A DNA stretch of 64,000 nt from Ignavibacteria bacterium (GTDB taxonomy: Bacteria; Bacteroidota; Ignavibacteria; Kapaibacteriales; UBA4661), in contig CANHDJ010000011.1 in the NCBI GenBank assembly GCA_947459425.1, positions 11,652 through 75,651 on the forward strand. The letters are read 5' to 3'. The position numbers were made by a program, and so were the translations under genes. How positions within the stretch are numbered: position 1 is the first letter of the stretch; the number at the start of each line of letters is the position of its first letter. Positions 19,598-29,692 of this stretch are shown piece by piece. Under the pieces are notes generated by a model. The model made no database searches. It was not told where the DNA came from and worked only from the letters and a program-made list of their open reading frames with translations.

Positions 19598-20323
19598 ATG
19601 AGCAATACCAATAATCAAGAGGCATTTGAAATCGGCTCTTTTAAAGGCACGATTCAAGGCAAAACCGTTCTTGTCCAATGCGATAGCCGCCTTGAAGCAC
19701 AAGCCGCATGGCTGCTGAAAACTATCGAAGATGTTTCCGAAGAAAGCAACGACCCCATCCGCGACAACTGGACGCTGGAACTGGGCTTTTCTGTTGTGAT
19801 ACTCATTGAGCGCGACGGAATGTTTGTCGTCTGCGAACCGGATTTCGACGAAGACCCATTTGAAAGCGTTGTCGAAGATGTTTCGCGCTCCCTCTGGGTT
19901 GTGGTCATGCAAAACGAAATTGGCGAAACGACCGGCACCAGCGAACATTTCAAAATTCCTCGCTTCGATGAAACCGTGGTTTTACGCAAAGGCGCACTTG
20001 AGGAAGAGCGTATTTTCTTGCAGCGCGACGAAGCCGAACCCAGCGACGATGATGAGGACGGCGAAGCGGTTCAAGACTCCGGCTGGTACATTGGTGGTGC
20101 GGATGACGAGGACGATGATGAGGATGGCGGTGACGACTCAGACGACAAATACGAGGCGTGTTATGTCTATCAACTCTTAGAATCCCGTCCGATGGCGCTT
20201 TCCGTCATGGCGTTGCCTGTCGGCTATGTGGCGGTCTTAGACGGCGAAGATATTGAAGCAATTTACGATGAGGAGGATGAAAATGTCTGGCACCCCGACG
20301 AGGACGAAGAAGAATCCAAGTAA
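19598..20323 (+). CDS. Highly acidic hypothetical protein whose C-terminal part resembles the Imm33/DUF2185 immunity-type domain
   Basis: Start trimmed to the ATG at 19598 (MSNTNNQEAF). Long D/E runs are present. The motif DSGWYIGG...YVYQLLESRP...LPVGYVAV resembles the DSGW-containing DUF2185 pattern; this comes from memory and is not verified. Confidence 0.55.
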   Translation: MSNTNNQEAFEIGSFKGTIQGKTVLVQCDSRLEAQAAWLLKTIEDVSEESNDPIRDNWTLELGFSVVILIERDGMFVVCEPDFDEDPFESVVEDVSRSLWVVVMQNEIGETTGTSEHFKIPRFDETVVLRKGALEEERIFLQRDEAEPSDDDEDGEAVQDSGWYIGGADDEDDDEDGGDDSDDKYEACYVYQLLESRPMALSVMALPVGYVAVLDGEDIEAIYDEEDENVWHPDEDEEESK

Positions 20324-21869
20324 ATCAAAGCCTTCTTCGGAAGGACAAACACGATCGCACACAAGTAATGGAGCAGCGCTCAGGTCATTTGACCAGAGTG
20401 CTGCTTCTGCTGTTTTGCCCGCCGCCGCAATCACCTTTGACGGGCATTTATACGAGCAGATTGCGCGGGAAATCCGGGCGCAAATTGAGCATCGCGTCTT
20501 GCAGCCCGGCAACCGCTTGCCGTCGGTGCGCAAACTCAGCCGTCAAAAAGGCGTAAGTATTTCGACGGTGCTGCAAGCCTATATGAATCTTGAGGACGTT
20601 GGCGTGATTGAAGCCCGACCGCAATCCGGCTATTACGTGCGCCAACAATTCCGCAAATTGCCGCCGGAGCCGACCATTCAACGCTTTGCGCCGATGGCAA
20701 AGCCTGTCAAAAATGTGGTCACGCTTGTCGAAGACCTCATCAATACTTATCAATACTCTGACTTTGTGCCGTTTGGCGCAGCGATGCCCGCGCCAGATTT
20801 GCTGCCTATTACCAAAATTTCTAAACTCTATGCTTCAATAGCCCGTGCCGAGATGCACACGATAGCCCGCTACGAGCATCCGAGCGGGAATCTGGAATTA
20901 CGCCGTCAAATCGTGCTTCGGGCTATGGATTGGGGCGGTGTTTTCAAGCCTGATGATGTGATTATTACAGGAGCGGCGACAGAGGCGATCAATATCTGCC
21001 TCCGCGCGGTTGCCCGCGAAGGTGATACGATTGCGGTCGAATCACCATGCTACTTTGGTATTTTGCGGGTAATTGAAGGCTTGGGCATGAAGGCGCTGGA
21101 AATCCCGACTGACCCCAAACACGGTATTTCGCTGGAAAGTTTAGAACCCGTGATGCGCAAACGGGCTATCAAAGCAGTGATTCTCGTACCAAACTTCAGC
21201 AACCCGCTTGGATGCTGTATGCCGGACGAAAACAAAGCAAAACTTGCATTGCTGGCAGCAGAGCATGAGATTCCGATTATTGAGGATGATGTCTATGGCG
21301 ATATTTACTTCGGAAGCCAGCGTCCACGCCCTTTGAAAGCATTCGACCACGATGGCTGGGTGATGCTGTGCGATTCCTTTTCCAAGACCGTTTCGCCCGG
21401 ATTGCGCGTCGGCTACACGCTTCCGGGACGATTTTATGAGAACACCTATCGGCTGAAAATCGCATCAACGCTGTCCTCACCAACACTTCCTCAACTCGTC
21501 ATGGCGAAATTTCTGCAAACCGGCGGCTACGAACACCAAATGCGGGCGCTGCGGAAGGCATTTGCGGTGCAGATACAAAAAACCATCGAAGCAGTCGGCG
21601 ATTATTTTCCCGAAGGAACCAAGGTCACGCGCCCCAATGGAGGATTTGTGATTTGGGTGGAATGTCCCCCGGAAGTTGATGCTATCACGCTTCACGGCGA
21701 GGCGATGCGTAAAAAAATCAGTATTGCGCCCGGTCCGGCATTCTCCAAAACAGAGCAGTACAATCATTATATTCGGCTGAACTGCGGTTATCCTTGGTCG
21801 GAGCGGATGGAAGGCGCTATCATCACGCTTGGAGAGATTGCGAGCAATATGTGCCGAACGCCCTCGTGA
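20283..21869 (+). CDS. MocR/PdxR-type transcriptional regulator (GntR wHTH fused to an aminotransferase-like domain)
   Basis: wHTH LPSVRKLSRQKGVSISTVLQAYMNLEDVGVIEARPQSGYYV and PLP-lysine context DSFSKTVSPGLRVGY. The start is uncertain: ATG 20283 overlaps the previous gene by 41 nt, and TTG 20415 is an alternative. Confidence 0.85.
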   Translation: MSGTPTRTKKNPSKSKPSSEGQTRSHTSNGAALRSFDQSAASAVLPAAAITFDGHLYEQIAREIRAQIEHRVLQPGNRLPSVRKLSRQKGVSISTVLQAYMNLEDVGVIEARPQSGYYVRQQFRKLPPEPTIQRFAPMAKPVKNVVTLVEDLINTYQYSDFVPFGAAMPAPDLLPITKISKLYASIARAEMHTIARYEHPSGNLELRRQIVLRAMDWGGVFKPDDVIITGAATEAINICLRAVAREGDTIAVESPCYFGILRVIEGLGMKALEIPTDPKHGISLESLEPVMRKRAIKAVILVPNFSNPLGCCMPDENKAKLALLAAEHEIPIIEDDVYGDIYFGSQRPRPLKAFDHDGWVMLCDSFSKTVSPGLRVGYTLPGRFYENTYRLKIASTLSSPTLPQLVMAKFLQTGGYEHQMRALRKAFAVQIQKTIEAVGDYFPEGTKVTRPNGGFVIWVECPPEVDAITLHGEAMRKKISIAPGPAFSKTEQYNHYIRLNCGYPWSERMEGAIITLGEIASNMCRTPS

Positions 21870-21914
21870 AGCCCGCTTTATTCTCAATTCACCAACATAA
21901 TGTTGATTTTATCC

Positions 21915-22784
21915 TCAGTCTTTCTCGCTCATAAGCGCTTCACGCGCCATTTGAAGTGCCTCGCGCTGTTCTTTACTTACTTCGGGATAGCGTAAATTCA
22001 ATTTTTCCAGTCTAGCGGTGATAATATCGTTCAAAACGATGCGTGTGAACCATTTGTTATCGGCAGGAATAATGTGCCAAGGAGCATATTTTGTGCTGGT
22101 TTGCGTGAAAACATCCTCGTAGGCGTGTTGATACTCTTTCCAATGCCGACGGTCTTCCACATCGGAGAGCGCAAATTTCCAGTTTTTATCGGGGTTATCT
22201 ATCCGTTCCAGAAAGCGGCGTTTCTGCTCTTCTCTGGAGACATTCAAGAAAAATTTCACGACAACGATACCATTTTGCACCAGATGTTTCTCGAAGGCGT
22301 TTATTTGCTCAAAGCGGTCTCGCCAGATATGTTTGTGGCGGGTTTCGTCGGGAAGTTGTTGTTTTGCTAAAATGTGCGGATGGACTCGTGCAATCAATAC
22401 TTCCTCGTAATACGACCGATTGAAAATGCCGATGCTGCCTCGTTCCGGCATATCTTTGTGCGCTCGCCAGAGATAGTCGTGGTCGAGTTCCATTGCCGAT
22501 GGCGATTTGAAATTGACAACCGTACAACCTTGCGGATTCACCCCCGAAAACACGTGTTTCACCGCGCTGTCCTTGCCCGCAGCGTCCATTGCTTGAATAA
22601 TTATCAGCAAGCCGTAGGTGTTTTGCGCATAGAGAATATCCTGCAATTTCGCCATTTTGCGAATGCCTTTTTCCAATTTGTCTTTGGTTGCTTCTTCGTT
22701 GGCGTATTTGCCGCTATAGGCAGGGTCGTATTGGCTCAGACGAACAGTTTTTCCCGCAGGAACGAGGAATGGAGCGTGTTTCAT
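21915..22784 (-). CDS. ppk2: Polyphosphate kinase 2 family (polyphosphate:nucleotide phosphotransferase)
   Basis: PPK2 signatures IIIQAMDAAGKDS (Walker A-like), FNRSYYEEV and PWHIIPADNKW; single-domain size of 289 aa. Confidence 0.9.
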   Translation of the reverse strand: MKHAPFLVPAGKTVRLSQYDPAYSGKYANEEATKDKLEKGIRKMAKLQDILYAQNTYGLLIIIQAMDAAGKDSAVKHVFSGVNPQGCTVVNFKSPSAMELDHDYLWRAHKDMPERGSIGIFNRSYYEEVLIARVHPHILAKQQLPDETRHKHIWRDRFEQINAFEKHLVQNGIVVVKFFLNVSREEQKRRFLERIDNPDKNWKFALSDVEDRRHWKEYQHAYEDVFTQTSTKYAPWHIIPADNKWFTRIVLNDIITARLEKLNLRYPEVSKEQREALQMAREALMSEKD

Positions 22785-23169
22785 GGCTTTTGGTGAGATA
22801 GGTGAACGATAATCAGAAGTCAGGTGGAAAATTGAGCATTATTTTTAGCAAAATCAAGAGAAATCGTGACTGGTCAGGTCTGTTGTTAAAATTGTCTACG
22901 AATCACACGAATTGGCGCGAATCAAGAGCATTTTTTTGAAGGATAATCCGTTTAAACCTCGCTATTCGTGAGGATTCTTGCAATTCGTGGATGATTTTTC
23001 GAGACTTGACCCGTTGCCAATTTTTCGCAATGTTACAATTTGGTAATATGACTTTTTTTTGACGAATTGCTTGGCAGAGAGCGTGTATATTAGCCGCTTG
23101 TATCGTGACAATTGTGCGAATGTGTGTGCCTGCTTTCGAGCAGGAATTACGCGAATACTGGAGCAATGA

Positions 23170-25230
23170 ATGAAACAACTGCGACTATCGTTATACCGAA
23201 AAATACTTGGGTTAGCGTGTATTATTCTCGCGTTTAGCGGGATTATCATCATGCTCAATTCATGGCAACGCGAAGCGCTCAATGAGCGAGGAACGATGCG
23301 CCTTGCAAAGATATTTTTCTTGGAAGCACGCTCCGCCGAACGGGATTTTCTCGCAAAACGCGATACGGCGTTAGTGCGGAGCATGAAGAACAGCATTGAA
23401 GCGCTCTTGCAGACCTTATCGGCTCATAATGACCCGTCGCTTGCGGTGATTCTTCGGCATATTGAGGAATATCGTTCTTTGGCAAACAATCTTGTTTCGG
23501 GTGTCAAAGAGCGTGGTTTGACGCAGGATTTGGGGATTGAAGGGCAGTTCCGCAAACAAGTCCATGCCGTCGAAGAAGCAACGAAAACGTCTGGTCAAAC
23601 CTCGCTGTTGGTCGAAATGTATCTTGCCAGGCGGCATGAAAAAGATTTTATCAATCGCGGTTCGGCAAAATATGTTCAAAACGTCAAAGAGACCGTTCAA
23701 ACGTTTCTTCGGAGTCTTGATAAAACCTCGCTTTCCAAGCAAGAGCAGCTATCACTACGCGAACTGATGCTCACCTATCAAAGCGGTTTTGAGGATTATG
23801 TTCGCGTAACAACGCTCATTAACACCGAGCGCAATCGCCTAGACAGCGTGAGTGCCAGCCTTACGCCGATGATGGATGCCGTTGTCAAAGACCGCGATGC
23901 AAAAGCAGAGCGGTATCAAAATTTTACTCGTATTGCCGTCGTTACGCTGTTTATCTTCGCCATTGGAATTGCGGTATTTTTAGCCAAACGCATCTCCGAA
24001 CCCGTTCAAGCGCTCAAAGAGATGGCAAATGAGGTCGCGTCGGGCAATCATAACGCTCACATCGAACTTTCCACCGGCGATGAATTTGAGGCGCTTGGCG
24101 AGGCGTTTAATTCGATGCTGGCGAGTTTGCGCACGTCGTTGGAGGAAGTCCGCGAAAAAAGCGCCGAAGCCGAACGCTCGGCAGAAGAAGCACAGCTCAC
24201 CCGCGCCATTGTCGAAGAAAGCAGCGAACACCTTGCACAAAGCATACAGAGTATGCTCTTGGCAATGCAAAATTTCGCTATGGGCGATTTAACCGTGAAA
24301 CTGCCGCCAGACTCCAATCCTGCTATTAACAATCTTTTTCGCGGGTTCAATGGTGTAGTGCGTGATATTGGCTTGCTCGTCTGGGAAGTGGTCAGTGCAA
24401 CGCAAGCAATTACGATTGCCGGTTCGCTTATTGCCCGCAGCACGACGGATATTGCCAATGGAATGAAAGCGCAAAAGGAGCGTACAAGCGAGATTGCGGC
24501 GGCAGTAGAGCAGATAAGCGTCACGACAAACGAAAGCACAAAACAAGCAACGTTTATTGCCCAAGAAGCCTCCGAAGCCAGTGGTGCTGCACAGTACGGC
24601 GGTGAGTCCATGCGACAAATGGTTCAGAATGTTGGGCAAGTAAGCCGCGTTGTGATGGATTCGTCCAATACGATTGAGCATCTTGGAAAGTCCGGCGAGG
24701 AAATTGGCGAAATTGTCTCGGTTATCGAAGATATTGCCGACCAAACCAATCTTTTAGCACTCAATGCCGCCATCGAAGCTGCCCGTGCAGGTGAGCAGGG
24801 ACGAGGCTTTGCGGTCGTTGCCGATGAAGTTCGCAAACTCGCCGAGCGTACACAAAAAGCGACCAAAGAAATTTCGGCGACCATTGTGCTGATTCAGCAA
24901 AACACGAAAAACTCGGTGCGATCCATGAATACCGCTACCAATCTCGTCCGCGAGGGCGGGCGCTTTGTGAATGAGACAACAAGCGCTTTGGAAAACATTA
25001 TTGCCAAGACCAGCACCGTTGCAGAGTTTATGAATCAACTGGCAAAATCTACCAGCGAGGAAGCAGAAGCAAGCGCCCTGATTGCCGAGCGCATCGGTTT
25101 TGTTGATATCCTGACCGAAAGTTCCTACGCGAAAGCACAAAATATCGCCGATTCTGCCGAAGAACTGGCGGAACTCACCGAAAAACTTCAGACTGTTGTC
25201 AGCCGATTTGTGTTGGTTTCGGGCGAGTGA
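23170..25230 (+). CDS. Methyl-accepting chemotaxis protein (2 TM, periplasmic sensor, HAMP)
   Basis: Signalling hairpin [40 protein letters not shown], with HAMP following TM2 ([22 protein letters not shown]). Confidence 0.9.
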   Translation: MKQLRLSLYRKILGLACIILAFSGIIIMLNSWQREALNERGTMRLAKIFFLEARSAERDFLAKRDTALVRSMKNSIEALLQTLSAHNDPSLAVILRHIEEYRSLANNLVSGVKERGLTQDLGIEGQFRKQVHAVEEATKTSGQTSLLVEMYLARRHEKDFINRGSAKYVQNVKETVQTFLRSLDKTSLSKQEQLSLRELMLTYQSGFEDYVRVTTLINTERNRLDSVSASLTPMMDAVVKDRDAKAERYQNFTRIAVVTLFIFAIGIAVFLAKRISEPVQALKEMANEVASGNHNAHIELSTGDEFEALGEAFNSMLASLRTSLEEVREKSAEAERSAEEAQLTRAIVEESSEHLAQSIQSMLLAMQNFAMGDLTVKLPPDSNPAINNLFRGFNGVVRDIGLLVWEVVSATQAITIAGSLIARSTTDIANGMKAQKERTSEIAAAVEQISVTTNESTKQATFIAQEASEASGAAQYGGESMRQMVQNVGQVSRVVMDSSNTIEHLGKSGEEIGEIVSVIEDIADQTNLLALNAAIEAARAGEQGRGFAVVADEVRKLAERTQKATKEISATIVLIQQNTKNSVRSMNTATNLVREGGRFVNETTSALENIIAKTSTVAEFMNQLAKSTSEEAEASALIAERIGFVDILTESSYAKAQNIADSAEELAELTEKLQTVVSRFVLVSGE

Positions 25231-25312
25231 GACGACTCAGGCGATTTTTCATGCGACTGGTATGCAATCTTTTGTTAGGCAACCCCTTTTTTTCACTTTT
25301 TAGGAAAATTTT

Positions 25313-28300
25313 ATGAAAAAAATGTACGATTATCTCAAGAACGTGTGCTTCCTGTGCGCAGCTCTGCTGCTTGCCACCAGCGCAGACGCTCTTGCACAGG
25401 GCGTGACAACCGCAGGTTTGAGCGGCTCGGTCACCGATGCCAGCGAATACCTGAAAGCAATGGACGATGCTTTGGCGGGAAAAATTTCTATGGATGCTAT
25501 TGTGATGAAAAACATCCCGTCGGCAAAAGTCTTGGCAATTCACCTTCCAAGCGGCACGAAATATGGCACTGTCGCTCGTGCCGATGGACGCTACAACCTC
25601 AAAGGCTTGCAAGTTGGCGGACCGTACCAAATCACGGTGTCGAGTTTGGGCTACAAAGAAGAGGTTCAAAAAAATGTGTTTTTGGGGTTGGGCGAAATCA
25701 AGCGTATTGATTTTGCGCTCAATCAGCAGGACGTGACGACCAAAGAACTCGTCGTTACCGCCGTCAAGGACAATCGCTTTACGGCATCCCGCACTGGTGC
25801 TGGCACGGAAATCAACACGGCGCAACTCAACAGCGTCCCGACGATTTCCCGTAGCTTTCAAGACATCGTGCGTACAAACCCGCTTACGGTTTCGTCGAAT
25901 TTCGACAACAATGGCGATGCTGGCGCAATCAGCATTGCAGGGCAGAACAATCGCTACAACAACCTCCAAGTGGACGGTTCGGTGATTAACGATATTTTTG
26001 GTTTGTCGTTTAGCGGTGCGCCCAGTGGTCAAGCGGGTGCGCAGCCGATTAGCTTGGACGCGCTTCAAGCCGTGCAGGTCTCGATTGCACCCTTTGATGT
26101 ACGCCAAAGCGGTTTTACAGGCGGTTTGATTAACTCCATCACCCGTTCCGGCTCGAATACTGTCGAAGGCTCGGTCTATAGCTTTTTCCGCAATGCGGCG
26201 CTTGCCGGCGGCAGCCCCGATTCACTCCGCACGCCGCTCAACACCTTTAGCGATATTTTGCTGGGCGCTCGTGTTGGCGGTCCGATTATTCAAGACAAAC
26301 TCTTTTTCTTTGTCAATGCAGAAACCAGAACCCGCACCGAACCTGTCACTGTCGGCATCAACGACCCACGCGCCGCGAATAATTTTGCAGTTTCGGCGGA
26401 TTCGCTTCGTCGTATTATTGACATTGCCAAAACGCAATACGGCTATGACCCGGGTAATTTCGACACCTTCAACCGCACCATCAGCGATTTTAAGGTTTTT
26501 GCGCGTTTGGATTGGAACATCGCTGACAATCACCGTCTGACCTTGCGCCACAGCTACGTGAACGCCCGCCAAGATCGTGGCGTTGACCGCAGCGCTATCA
26601 ATCTTGCGCTTTCCAATGCGAAATATGTGTTTTCCAGCGTTCAGAACAACACCGTTTTGCAATTAAACAGCACCTTCGGCAGTGATGCCAGCAATGAGTT
26701 CCGCGTTTCCTACATGAGCGTCAGAGACCGTCGGGGCGAATTTGCTGCGGGGAATTTCCCGTATGTTCAGATTGGCGCAGCGCCCGGGCGCACCGTCATT
26801 CTTGGTGTTGAGCAGTTTTCGCATGGTAATTATTTGAACCAAGACAATATCGAAATCACGAATGATTTTTCGCTCTTCATCGGCGCACACACGCTGACCA
26901 TCGGGACGCACAATGAATTTTTCTCTTCAGAAAACCTCTTTTTCCCTTGGTCATTTGGTTCGTATTCCTACGGCAGCATCAGCGATTTTGCTAACGGTAC
27001 GCCCTTCGGCTATATCAATCGCTTCGTGACCAATCCGGCACAGTACGGAGAGCGCCCCGTTACGCCATTTCGCTCCATGCAGTTCAGTTTGTATGCTCAA
27101 GACGATTGGGATATTTCGCCAAATTTCCGCGTGACGGGCGGTATTCGCGGCGATATTTATCTTTTCCCTCTTACTCCGTTTAAGAACGATTCAGCTGCTA
27201 AGGCATTTCCGGGCTATCGTACCGACCGCGTACCTGCGCCATCGCTGCTGCTTTCGCCACGCATCGGCTTTAATTGGGATGTTTCAGGCGGAAGCCGTGT
27301 GATGCAAGTACGCGGCGGAACGGGCATTTTTGCTGGGCGCACCCCGATTGTTTGGCTCTCGAATCAATACAGCAACACGGGAGTTGACGTAGCGACCAAT
27401 TTTATTTTCAACGGCTCCGTTACTCGCGCCCGCTATCCGCAGCAATTTATGAATCAGAGCAATCCTCCGGCACGGCAACAAGGCTTGCAGCCGGGGCAGT
27501 ATCCGGCAACCGTCAATTTTGTGGATGATAATTTCCGCATTCCGCAGACGTGGCGCTCAAGCATTGGATTAGATCGTCAGCTTGTGGGCGGCTTTTCAGC
27601 GACAGCGGAGTTTGTTTTCTCACAACTCTTGACTTCCCCGACCTACAAAAATCTCCGCCTTGGTACATCCAAGTTTAATGATTTTCTTGGACGACCTGTG
27701 TATAACTACGACGGCGGCGGCATGACGGCAAGTACGCTCAACTATGCGTTTTTGCTCACGAGTGTTCAAGCGGGTTTCCAGACGAATTTCACGATTCAAC
27801 TGGAAAAACGTGCCGGAGACGGCGGCGATGTGGAAGCGGAATGGTACAAAAATCTGGGCGTGAATCTGAGCTATACCAACGGTTCGTCGTGGGATGTCAA
27901 CAGCAACCCCGCATTTATTGCCGATGAAAACTTCAACGTTCCCGCCGCCGACCCGAATAATCTGCCACTCACGCGCTCCAGTTTTGATTTGCCGCACCGC
28001 ATTTTGGCGATATTGAACTACCGCTTTGAGTACGGCGCAAGTGAGAATGGAACGTTTGCCACAAGCATTGGTCTTATCTACGAAGGTCGCACGGGTCGTC
28101 CGTTTAGCTATGTTTACAACGGTGACGTAAACAACGACCAGCAAGTGATTTACCCAACCAATAACGACCTGCTTTTTGTTCCAAAAGACCGCAGCCAAGT
28201 CTCCATGAGCGATGCGGAATGGACTGCGTTTGACCGCTATATTACCAATGATGCACTTTTGAGCCAATATCGCGGTAAAGTGATGCCCCGCAACGATGCC

Positions 28301-28639
28301 CGCGAACCTTGGCTCAATCAGCTAGATTTGCAACTCACGCAAGATATTCCGACCTTCAAAGGTCAGAAAATTCAAATCTCGCTTAACATTACCAATGTTC
28401 TTAATCTCCTCAATCCCGATTGGGGCTGGCAATATTTCGTGCCGCTTCCGCCAGGCGACTTTAGCGGTCAAAGCCGTTACGCACTGGTGGATTTCAAAGG
28501 TCTTGAGGCTGATGGTCGCCCAAGACTCGGCTTCCGCAGCCCGACTACTGACGCGCGGACGGGCGTTTCCGATATTTTCCAACGAGACTTTATCTTGTCG
28601 CGCTGGCAGATGCAGATTGGTCTGCGGTATTCGTTCTAA
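25313..28639 (+). CDS. TonB-dependent outer-membrane receptor with an N-terminal CarboxypepD_reg-like domain
   Basis: Signal peptide, a CarboxypepD_reg-like segment (ADGRYNLKGLQVGGPYQITVSSLGY), a plug-like region (ISIAGQNNRYNNLQVDGSV) and a terminal beta-strand ending in ...GLRYSF. Confidence 0.88.
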   Translation: MKKMYDYLKNVCFLCAALLLATSADALAQGVTTAGLSGSVTDASEYLKAMDDALAGKISMDAIVMKNIPSAKVLAIHLPSGTKYGTVARADGRYNLKGLQVGGPYQITVSSLGYKEEVQKNVFLGLGEIKRIDFALNQQDVTTKELVVTAVKDNRFTASRTGAGTEINTAQLNSVPTISRSFQDIVRTNPLTVSSNFDNNGDAGAISIAGQNNRYNNLQVDGSVINDIFGLSFSGAPSGQAGAQPISLDALQAVQVSIAPFDVRQSGFTGGLINSITRSGSNTVEGSVYSFFRNAALAGGSPDSLRTPLNTFSDILLGARVGGPIIQDKLFFFVNAETRTRTEPVTVGINDPRAANNFAVSADSLRRIIDIAKTQYGYDPGNFDTFNRTISDFKVFARLDWNIADNHRLTLRHSYVNARQDRGVDRSAINLALSNAKYVFSSVQNNTVLQLNSTFGSDASNEFRVSYMSVRDRRGEFAAGNFPYVQIGAAPGRTVILGVEQFSHGNYLNQDNIEITNDFSLFIGAHTLTIGTHNEFFSSENLFFPWSFGSYSYGSISDFANGTPFGYINRFVTNPAQYGERPVTPFRSMQFSLYAQDDWDISPNFRVTGGIRGDIYLFPLTPFKNDSAAKAFPGYRTDRVPAPSLLLSPRIGFNWDVSGGSRVMQVRGGTGIFAGRTPIVWLSNQYSNTGVDVATNFIFNGSVTRARYPQQFMNQSNPPARQQGLQPGQYPATVNFVDDNFRIPQTWRSSIGLDRQLVGGFSATAEFVFSQLLTSPTYKNLRLGTSKFNDFLGRPVYNYDGGGMTASTLNYAFLLTSVQAGFQTNFTIQLEKRAGDGGDVEAEWYKNLGVNLSYTNGSSWDVNSNPAFIADENFNVPAADPNNLPLTRSSFDLPHRILAILNYRFEYGASENGTFATSIGLIYEGRTGRPFSYVYNGDVNNDQQVIYPTNNDLLFVPKDRSQVSMSDAEWTAFDRYITNDALLSQYRGKVMPRNDAREPWLNQLDLQLTQDIPTFKGQKIQISLNITNVLNLLNPDWGWQYFVPLPPGDFSGQSRYALVDFKGLEADGRPRLGFRSPTTDARTGVSDIFQRDFILSRWQMQIGLRYSF

Positions 28640-28675
28640 ATTTGTTCTCGCAGTCTCTCCAGACACCACCACAGA

Positions 28676-28725
28676 AAAAGCGCCTTCAACACGTGTGTTG
28701 AAGGCGCTTTTGTCGTTCTATTTTT
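28676..28725 (+). terminator. Rho-independent terminator after the TonB-dependent receptor gene
   Basis: AAAAGCGCCTTCAACAC-GT-GTGTTGAAGGCGCTTTT (a 17-bp perfect stem) followed by T-rich sequence. Confidence 0.7.
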
Positions 28726-28819
28726 CACCTTGTGCGTCTCTGGAAGAAAGCGTAAGTTCCGCCTGACGGGTACAATCTTGGATACAAGAATATTTTTCTC
28801 ACCTCATTTTACCAACGTA

Positions 28820-29572
28820 ATGTTGTATTTCATTATCGCCGCCATTGGCGCAAGCATTGGCTTCAGTGCTGGTCTTTTCGGCATTGGCGGGGCGCTGATT
28901 GCTACGCCACTGCTGAAAATATTCGTGGGACTCGCTCCGATGCTTGCTTTGGCAACACCGCTTCCTACGGCACTTCCATCGGCACTTTCTGGCACAATCG
29001 CCTACTACCGCGAAAAATTGATTCGATTTGAATTGGTGAAATGGGTATTAATGGGGGCGCTGCCGATGAATATTGCCGGAACATGGCTGACCAAATATGT
29101 TGCCGGTGAAGCAATGATGCTTGCGACAGGCGCATTTATGCTGCTTGTGGGCGGAACATTTTTTGTTCGAGGATGGCTATTGAAGGAATCCCATGAACCA
29201 GAGCATTTTACATCAAAGAGTCTCGTTCTAACGGGGGCAGTCGCAGGCTTTCTCGCGGGCTTTTTAGCCATTGGCGGCGGTTTAGTGATGGTTCCGGCTT
29301 TCGTGCGCATCAATCGCATGAAATTCAAGCAAGCAACCGCCACGTCGCTGTTTTGTGTTGCGGTGCTTTCTATTCCCGCCACGCTTGGACACTGGTATTT
29401 GGGGCATATAGATTGGACGATTGCACTCGTTTTAGCGCTTTTTTCGACCCCAATGTCATTTCTGGGAGCGCGACTCGCAATAAGGCTCCGCAACCGCACA
29501 TTGGAACGCATCTATGGAACGTTTATGATTGTTTTTGCGTTATATTTCCTTTGGCAACAATGGTCGGCATAG
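28820..29572 (+). CDS. TauE/SafE family sulfite/anion exporter-like membrane protein
   Basis: Seven to eight hydrophobic helices, a duplicated GxGGG pattern (GLFGIGGALIATPLL; LAIGGGLVMVPAF) and a length of 250 aa from the ATG at 28820. Confidence 0.85.
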   Translation: MLYFIIAAIGASIGFSAGLFGIGGALIATPLLKIFVGLAPMLALATPLPTALPSALSGTIAYYREKLIRFELVKWVLMGALPMNIAGTWLTKYVAGEAMMLATGAFMLLVGGTFFVRGWLLKESHEPEHFTSKSLVLTGAVAGFLAGFLAIGGGLVMVPAFVRINRMKFKQATATSLFCVAVLSIPATLGHWYLGHIDWTIALVLALFSTPMSFLGARLAIRLRNRTLERIYGTFMIVFALYFLWQQWSA

Positions 29573-29692
29573 AGAAACTACGTGAAAACGATACAGAAGC
29601 TAGCAAAATTGTTGCCCTTGCATACATCGACACCACACGTGCGGTTTTCGCAAGCAAGCACGTTTTTCTTCTTCTTATTCTCAAAAACTACG

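Noticed and set aside
25199-26107. A 302-codon minus-strand ORF.
   Set aside because: It is antisense to the 5' part of the TonB-dependent receptor gene and has a shadow-ORF composition.
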